Part shown: piece by piece, positions 59,565 through 64,000 of the stretch | How positions within the stretch are numbered: the first letter of the stretch is position 1 | Layout: every line of letters starts with the position of its first letter | NCBI GenBank assembly: GCA_963768655.1 | Contig: CAVYIM010000009.1 | Coordinates: 64,001-128,000 of the forward strand | Length of the DNA: 64,000 nucleotides | From: an uncultured Chloroflexia bacterium | GTDB taxonomy: Bacteria > Chloroflexota > Limnocylindria > Limnocylindrales > CSP1-4 | Direction of reading: 5' to 3' | Program-made: the position numbers and the translations under genes | The notes under the pieces: model-generated | The model's input: the letters and a program-made list of their open reading frames with translations, nothing else | What the model was told of the DNA's origin: nothing | The model's database searches: none

Positions 59565-60842
59565 CTAGCGGTCGAAGATGCGGGCGACCTCGCGCAGGCC
59601 GACTGCCAGCGCGTCGATCTCCTCTGGGACGGTGTAGACGTTGAAGCTCGCCCGGGCCGTGGCCGCGAGGTCGAACCGTTCGTGGAGTGGCATCGTGCAG
59701 TGGTGACCGGCGCGGACGCAGATCCCGGAGCGGTCGAGTATCTGGGCCACGTCGTGGGGGTGGATGCCCGGCAGGTTGAACGACACGACCCCGCCTCGGA
59801 GCTCCGCGGCCGGGCCGTACAGCTCGATGCCGGGGACCTCGCGGCGTAGCACGTCCAGGGTGTAGCGAGCCATCTCCTGCTCGTGGACTCGCACCGCCTC
59901 CATGCCTAGGCCCATCAGATACTCCGCCGCCGCGCCCATCCCGATCTGGGCGGCGATGTCGGGCGTGCCCGCCTCGAACTTGTACGGGACCTCGTTCCAC
60001 TCGGAGCGGCGTAGATGAACCTCGCGGATCATGTCTCCGCCGGCCATGAACGGCGGCATCGCCTCGAGCAGCTCGCGGCGAGCCCACAGCGCCCCAGAGC
60101 CGGTGGGGCCGAGCATCTTGTGACCGCTGAAGACGTAGAAGTCGGCGCCGATCTCCTGCACGTCGACCGGCATGTGCGGGACCGCCTGCGCGCCGTCGAT
60201 CAGAACCAGGGCGCCGGCGGCGTGGGCCATCTCGGTCATCTCACGGACCGGATTGACGGTTCCGAGCATGTTCGAGACGTGGGTGAAGGCGACCAGCTTG
60301 GGCCGCAAGTGCAGCAGAACCTCGTAGACCTCGAGGCGCAGGACGCCGTCGTCCGTGATGGGGACGAACTCCAGGTCGCCGTCCATTTCCTGGACGACGA
60401 GCTGCCAGGGCACGAGATTGGCGTGGTGTTCCATCTCGGTCAGGACGATCGTGTCGCCGCGGCCGATGTTGTGCCGGCCCCACGAATACGCCACCAGGTT
60501 GATGGCCTCCGTCGCGTTGCGGACGAAGACGATCTCGTTGGGATTCGGGGCGTTGATGAGGCGAGCGATCTTGACTCGGGTTCCTTCGTAGGCGCCGGTG
60601 GCGCGCTCCGCCAGCTCGTAGATGCCGCGGTGGATGTTCGAGCTGTACTCCCGGTTGTAGGCGTCCACGGCTTCGATGACGGCGCGCGGCTTGAGGCTCG
60701 TGGCGGCCGAGTCGAGGTAGACGAGCGGCTTGCCGAAGCGGTTCGACGTCGACAGGATCGGGAAGTCGACGCGAAGGCGGTAGGGATCGAGGCGGGCTGG
60801 CGCCGCCTGGCTCATGGGCCCGGTTGTCGCGAGGTCGGCCAT
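59565..60842 (-). CDS. sufS: Cysteine desulfurase SufS
   Basis: YLDSAATS, MEHHANLVPW, FSGHKMLGPTG, RAGHHC. Confidence 0.96.
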   Translation of the reverse strand: MADLATTGPMSQAAPARLDPYRLRVDFPILSTSNRFGKPLVYLDSAATSLKPRAVIEAVDAYNREYSSNIHRGIYELAERATGAYEGTRVKIARLINAPNPNEIVFVRNATEAINLVAYSWGRHNIGRGDTIVLTEMEHHANLVPWQLVVQEMDGDLEFVPITDDGVLRLEVYEVLLHLRPKLVAFTHVSNMLGTVNPVREMTEMAHAAGALVLIDGAQAVPHMPVDVQEIGADFYVFSGHKMLGPTGSGALWARRELLEAMPPFMAGGDMIREVHLRRSEWNEVPYKFEAGTPDIAAQIGMGAAAEYLMGLGMEAVRVHEQEMARYTLDVLRREVPGIELYGPAAELRGGVVSFNLPGIHPHDVAQILDRSGICVRAGHHCTMPLHERFDLAATARASFNVYTVPEEIDALAVGLREVARIFDR

Positions 60843-60856
60843 TCGATCGCCCCGCC

Positions 60857-61723
60857 CTAGTGGGCGGCCCCCATCGCTGGTTCGGCGGCCTCCGGCGCCT
60901 CATCGCCGATCTCGCCCTCCAGGCCGGCCTCGGCGAGGATCGGCGCGTAGCCCTCCTCCTCCAACCGCAGCGCGAGGTCCTTGCCGCCGCTGGTGATGAT
61001 CCGGCCGGCCGCCAGAACGTGGACGGTGTCCGGCGTGATGTAGTTGAGCAGGCGCTGGTAGTGGGTGATCACCAACACGCCCATGTTCGGGTTCAGCATG
61101 GCGTTCACGCCCTCGGCCACGATGCGCAGGGCGTCGATGTCCAGGCCCGAGTCCGTTTCGTCGAGGATCGCCATCTCGGGCTCCAAGACGGCCATCTGGA
61201 GCATCTCCAGGCGCTTCTTCTCGCCGCCCGAGAAGCCCTCGTTGACGTAGCGCGCCGCGATCGACTCGTCCATCTTGAGCAGCGCCATCTTCTCGCGGAC
61301 GATCTTGCGGAACTCGCCCATCGGGATGCCGCCCCGGTAGGCGTCGGTCGGGTCGACGTTCGGGTCCGGGTTGAGGCCGGCACGGTGGGCGTTGATCGCC
61401 GACCGCAGGAAGCTCGCCACCGATAGGCCGGGGATCGCCATCGGGTACTGGAAGGCGAGGAACATGCCCAGCCGGGCGCGCTTGTCGGCGGACAGCTTGA
61501 GCAGGTCGTGGCCCTTCCAGAGCACCTCGCCCGACCGGACGATGTAGGCGGGGTGGCCCATCAGCGCATAGGCGAGCGTGGTCTTGCCCGAGCCGTTGGG
61601 ACCCATGATGGCGTGGACCTCGCCCTTGCCGACGGCCAGCTCGATCCCCTTGAGGATCTCGTGGTCCGGATTTGCGACTGGCGCGACGTGCAGGTCGTGG
61701 ATGACGAGATCTTGGTCGCTCAC
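60857..61723 (-). CDS. sufC: Fe-S assembly ABC ATPase SufC
   Basis: MGPNGSGKTT, FLAFQYP, NEGFSGGEKKR, LDETDSGLDIDAL, ITHYQRLL; GTG start overlaps the Rrf2 gene stop. Confidence 0.96.
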   Translation of the reverse strand: MSDQDLVIHDLHVAPVANPDHEILKGIELAVGKGEVHAIMGPNGSGKTTLAYALMGHPAYIVRSGEVLWKGHDLLKLSADKRARLGMFLAFQYPMAIPGLSVASFLRSAINAHRAGLNPDPNVDPTDAYRGGIPMGEFRKIVREKMALLKMDESIAARYVNEGFSGGEKKRLEMLQMAVLEPEMAILDETDSGLDIDALRIVAEGVNAMLNPNMGVLVITHYQRLLNYITPDTVHVLAAGRIITSGGKDLALRLEEEGYAPILAEAGLEGEIGDEAPEAAEPAMGAAH

Positions 61724-62229
61724 GTTGAGGGGTGTGCTCCTTGGGTCGGATGCGGCGCCGGCAGGCTGACTGCCGCCAGATGCGCCGACGCGGGTACCAG
61801 ATCTGCCAGGGTCATCGACTCGAGGGCGCCGGCGATGGCGTCCCGAACCCTGACCCACATGAAGTTGACGGTGCAGTAGCCGGCTCGCGCGCAGATGTTG
61901 TGGGCGGGGTCGTCGGTCACGCAGATCATCGGCGCGATCGGGCCCTCGAGAGCGCGAAGAACCTCGCCCATGCGAATCTCGCCGGGCGGGCGGGTGAGCT
62001 CGTAGCCACCGTGGGCGCCACGGGTGCTGTGCACCAGCTCGGCGTCTCGAAGGCTGATGACGAGCTGCTCCAGGTAGGCCCGCGGCAGGGCCTCCTGTTC
62101 GGCGATCTCGGTCAGGCTGGCCGGCCCAAGACCGTAGCGCTGGGCGAGCTGCGCCATGAGGCGCACGCCGTATTCGCCCTTCGTGGAGAAGGAGACGGCG
62201 CCGGTGCTGTGGTACGTCCGCGTGGCCAG
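61720..62229 (-). CDS. Rrf2/IscR-like transcriptional regulator (start codon probably non-canonical)
   Basis: FSTKGEYGVRLM, YLEQL, STRGAHGGYEL, three Cys (MICV..NICARAGYC). Confidence 0.9.
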   Translation of the reverse strand: MATRTYHSTGAVSFSTKGEYGVRLMAQLAQRYGLGPASLTEIAEQEALPRAYLEQLVISLRDAELVHSTRGAHGGYELTRPPGEIRMGEVLRALEGPIAPMICVTDDPAHNICARAGYCTVNFMWVRVRDAIAGALESMTLADLVPASAHLAAVSLPAPHPTQGAHPST

Positions 62230-62280
62230 CTTGATGCTCCCGGGCGACGCTCGGCCGGGCCGGCGGGACTCGCAGGCTAA

Positions 62281-62333
62281 TTCCGACCTAAACCGTCGGA
62301 AATGAGTATAGGAGCGCGGCCGCGGAGCGTCAA
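62281..62333 (-). promoter_or_regulatory. Sigma70 promoter (TTGACG-17-TATACT) followed by an IscR type-1-like operator TTCCGAC-N7-GTCGGAA (62281-62301)
   Basis: On the minus strand, -35 at 62333-62328 and -10 at 62310-62305; the inverted repeat overlaps the predicted transcription start. Confidence 0.85.
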
Positions 62334-62537
62334 CGACGGGCGGGGAGTGCCGGCGACTGTGAACGGGACGGCGACGCGAGACGGGACGGCGCAGTGGCCG
62401 GACGGCACAGTGGCCGGACGGGTCCGAGACTCGGCGAGCGGTCGAGACCCAAATGCCCCCAATCAGCCGAGCGGTCTCGGGCCCTATCCTGCAAGCGCAT
62501 GTTCCAGCTTGCAGCAGCCCATTCCGCGGGCTCGCAG

Positions 62538-63680
62538 TCAACGCGAGAAGTCGCGTTCCTCGAAATTGGTCACGGTGAGCGTCTGCTCTTGTCCCGTGTC
62601 CTGGATCTCAATGCCTCCGGTCCAGCCGGTGGCGGGCAGATCGGTTGTGGTGTCGGTGAAGTCGGTAATCTTCTGGCCATCGAGGAAGAGTATTAGCCGC
62701 GTCGTCTGCCCATCGTCGAGCGTCGCGCAGACGCCCTCGATCGTCAGGCGAGCGGGTCCCGGATTGATGGGGATCGAGCCTTCCTGGAGGCCCTTTGGGT
62801 AGAACCCCAAGGTACGCTTCTGAATGATCGCGTGTTCGTACGAAGTCACCAGGAACTCGTAGCTGACGGCTGATCTGCCGATGCCGCGCGAGCATTCGAC
62901 TCCGAATCCGTTGCCGGTGGCGGCCGTCGCCGACTCACTCGCAGTCACACTCACGGACAGTTGGGAGACTGGCTCCAAGTACGGCGAGTCGACGTAGTAG
63001 TCGTTACTGCCGTCGGTGGTTATCTCGTAACCGCCTCCACCGTACTGGATGCTCTCGCCGAACATGGGCGTGCCTGTGACCCAGCCCGCAGTCATGGAGT
63101 GGAAGTCGTCGGAGAAGACCGGGGAGCCGTCGGAAGGCACGGATGGCGAACTCGCAGCCATGCTCGTAGGTCTGGATGAGGGGCCGTTGCTCCCGAGTAT
63201 GAGCGGCTGCGACATCAGGACGGCACCGGCCACGAGGACGGGCACCAGCCCCAGGACGACGAGGCCTCGACGGTTGCGCACCGACGTCCGGGCGGGTTCA
63301 GGCGAACATGAAACTCCGGCGGGCTGCCAGGCAGGAAGAGGCGACGCGGGCAGAGTCTGGGGTGGTGGCGGATACGAAGGCCGGGCGAAGCCGGGTGGAG
63401 GCGGCCCGGACCAGTATGCGGGCGGCCAGGACGAATGGGGGGTCAACGGCCAACTGGGAGGCGGCGCCGAAGGGAAGGCAGGTGAAGTCGGCTGGCCCTG
63501 GGGTCGATAGAGGCTCTGACAGGGCGGCAGGTTCTGAGAGGGCGGGAGCGCGACGGTCGGAGGCATCCCATCCGCGGACCCGAAGCCGGGCGAAGTCGTC
63601 GCATCGGCTTTCGAGGGAGCGTCCGGGCCGGCGGTATTGTCCTGCCTCTCGTCCCTCATCGCCCGCATCCCATCCCGCAC
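62538..63680 (-). CDS. Hypothetical membrane-anchored protein: Pro-rich N-terminus, one TM, beta-rich (LamG/lectin-like) C-domain
   Basis: Pro-rich region, hydrophobic segment, FSDDF..LFLDGQKITDFTD..GGI..VTNF pattern. Start uncertain. Confidence 0.7.
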   Translation of the reverse strand: MRDGMRAMRDERQDNTAGPDAPSKADATTSPGFGSADGMPPTVALPPSQNLPPCQSLYRPQGQPTSPAFPSAPPPSWPLTPHSSWPPAYWSGPPPPGFARPSYPPPPQTLPASPLPAWQPAGVSCSPEPARTSVRNRRGLVVLGLVPVLVAGAVLMSQPLILGSNGPSSRPTSMAASSPSVPSDGSPVFSDDFHSMTAGWVTGTPMFGESIQYGGGGYEITTDGSNDYYVDSPYLEPVSQLSVSVTASESATAATGNGFGVECSRGIGRSAVSYEFLVTSYEHAIIQKRTLGFYPKGLQEGSIPINPGPARLTIEGVCATLDDGQTTRLILFLDGQKITDFTDTTTDLPATGWTGGIEIQDTGQEQTLTVTNFEERDFSR

Positions 63681-63944
63681 GGCATGCGGGAATCATACGC
63701 ACCCAGGCGCTGGTCTGCGGCAGCTGGGGGCATTGCAGCGAATGAGGGCCCGCTTCCCGGCAGTCATATCCCAACCCCAGTCAGTACCAGGCTATTTCCC
63801 CGTTGACCTGCCGCGGCGCGCGATGTACGGTCGGCGTCTGTGTCGAGGCGGGCAGGTTCCTGCCCTCTCGACAGGACGTCAGCTGTGGGAACGGTCGCCG
63901 GGATGGCGCGACAGCCCACTTAGGAACTCGACGGGAGGAGTCGG

Positions 63945-64000
63945 ATGAGACGTCGCGCATTCACCGTCCTGGCCATCGCGGCCCTTGTCTGTGGGGCGCT
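63945..64000 (+). CDS. Start of a secreted protein (runs off the window)
   Basis: GGAGGAG RBS, then the signal-peptide-like MRRRAFTVLAIAALVCGA. Confidence 0.55.
   Translation, partial: MRRRAFTVLAIAALVCGA

Overview
High-GC (roughly 70% by eye) bacterial chromosomal window. Gene content and protein style suggest Chloroflexota, possibly Limnocylindria-like; this is inference. It is mostly housekeeping: an ECF sigma factor, an SDR, holB, an NYN protein, hpt, csoR, rsmG, a KimA/USP/TrkA potassium cluster, a hsp20-hspR-lon-dnaJ-clpB heat-shock operon, purH, folK, a complex I (nuo) operon and an Rrf2-sufC-sufS-sufU operon. I found no rRNA, tRNA, CRISPR array or transposase. The most striking feature is the complex I operon (order A-B-C-D-H-[I-N/E]-F-[G/GltD/I-C]-J-K-L-M-N). 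NuoI is split in two. Its N-half is fused to a degenerate NuoE, and its C-half is fused to the end of a NuoG/GltD-like flavo-iron-sulfur protein with an NADPH-type motif. The whole electron-input module therefore sits inside nuoI. The second highlight is a chemoreceptor with a circularly permuted sugar-binding (RbsB-type) domain inserted in its cytoplasmic coiled coil. Other observations include candidate structured RNA leaders, a variant HspR operator, a frameshifted Zn-ribbon gene, a near-perfect 729-bp intragenic duplication and an Rrf2 gene with no canonical start codon. All calls come from motif recognition by eye; no database searches were run.
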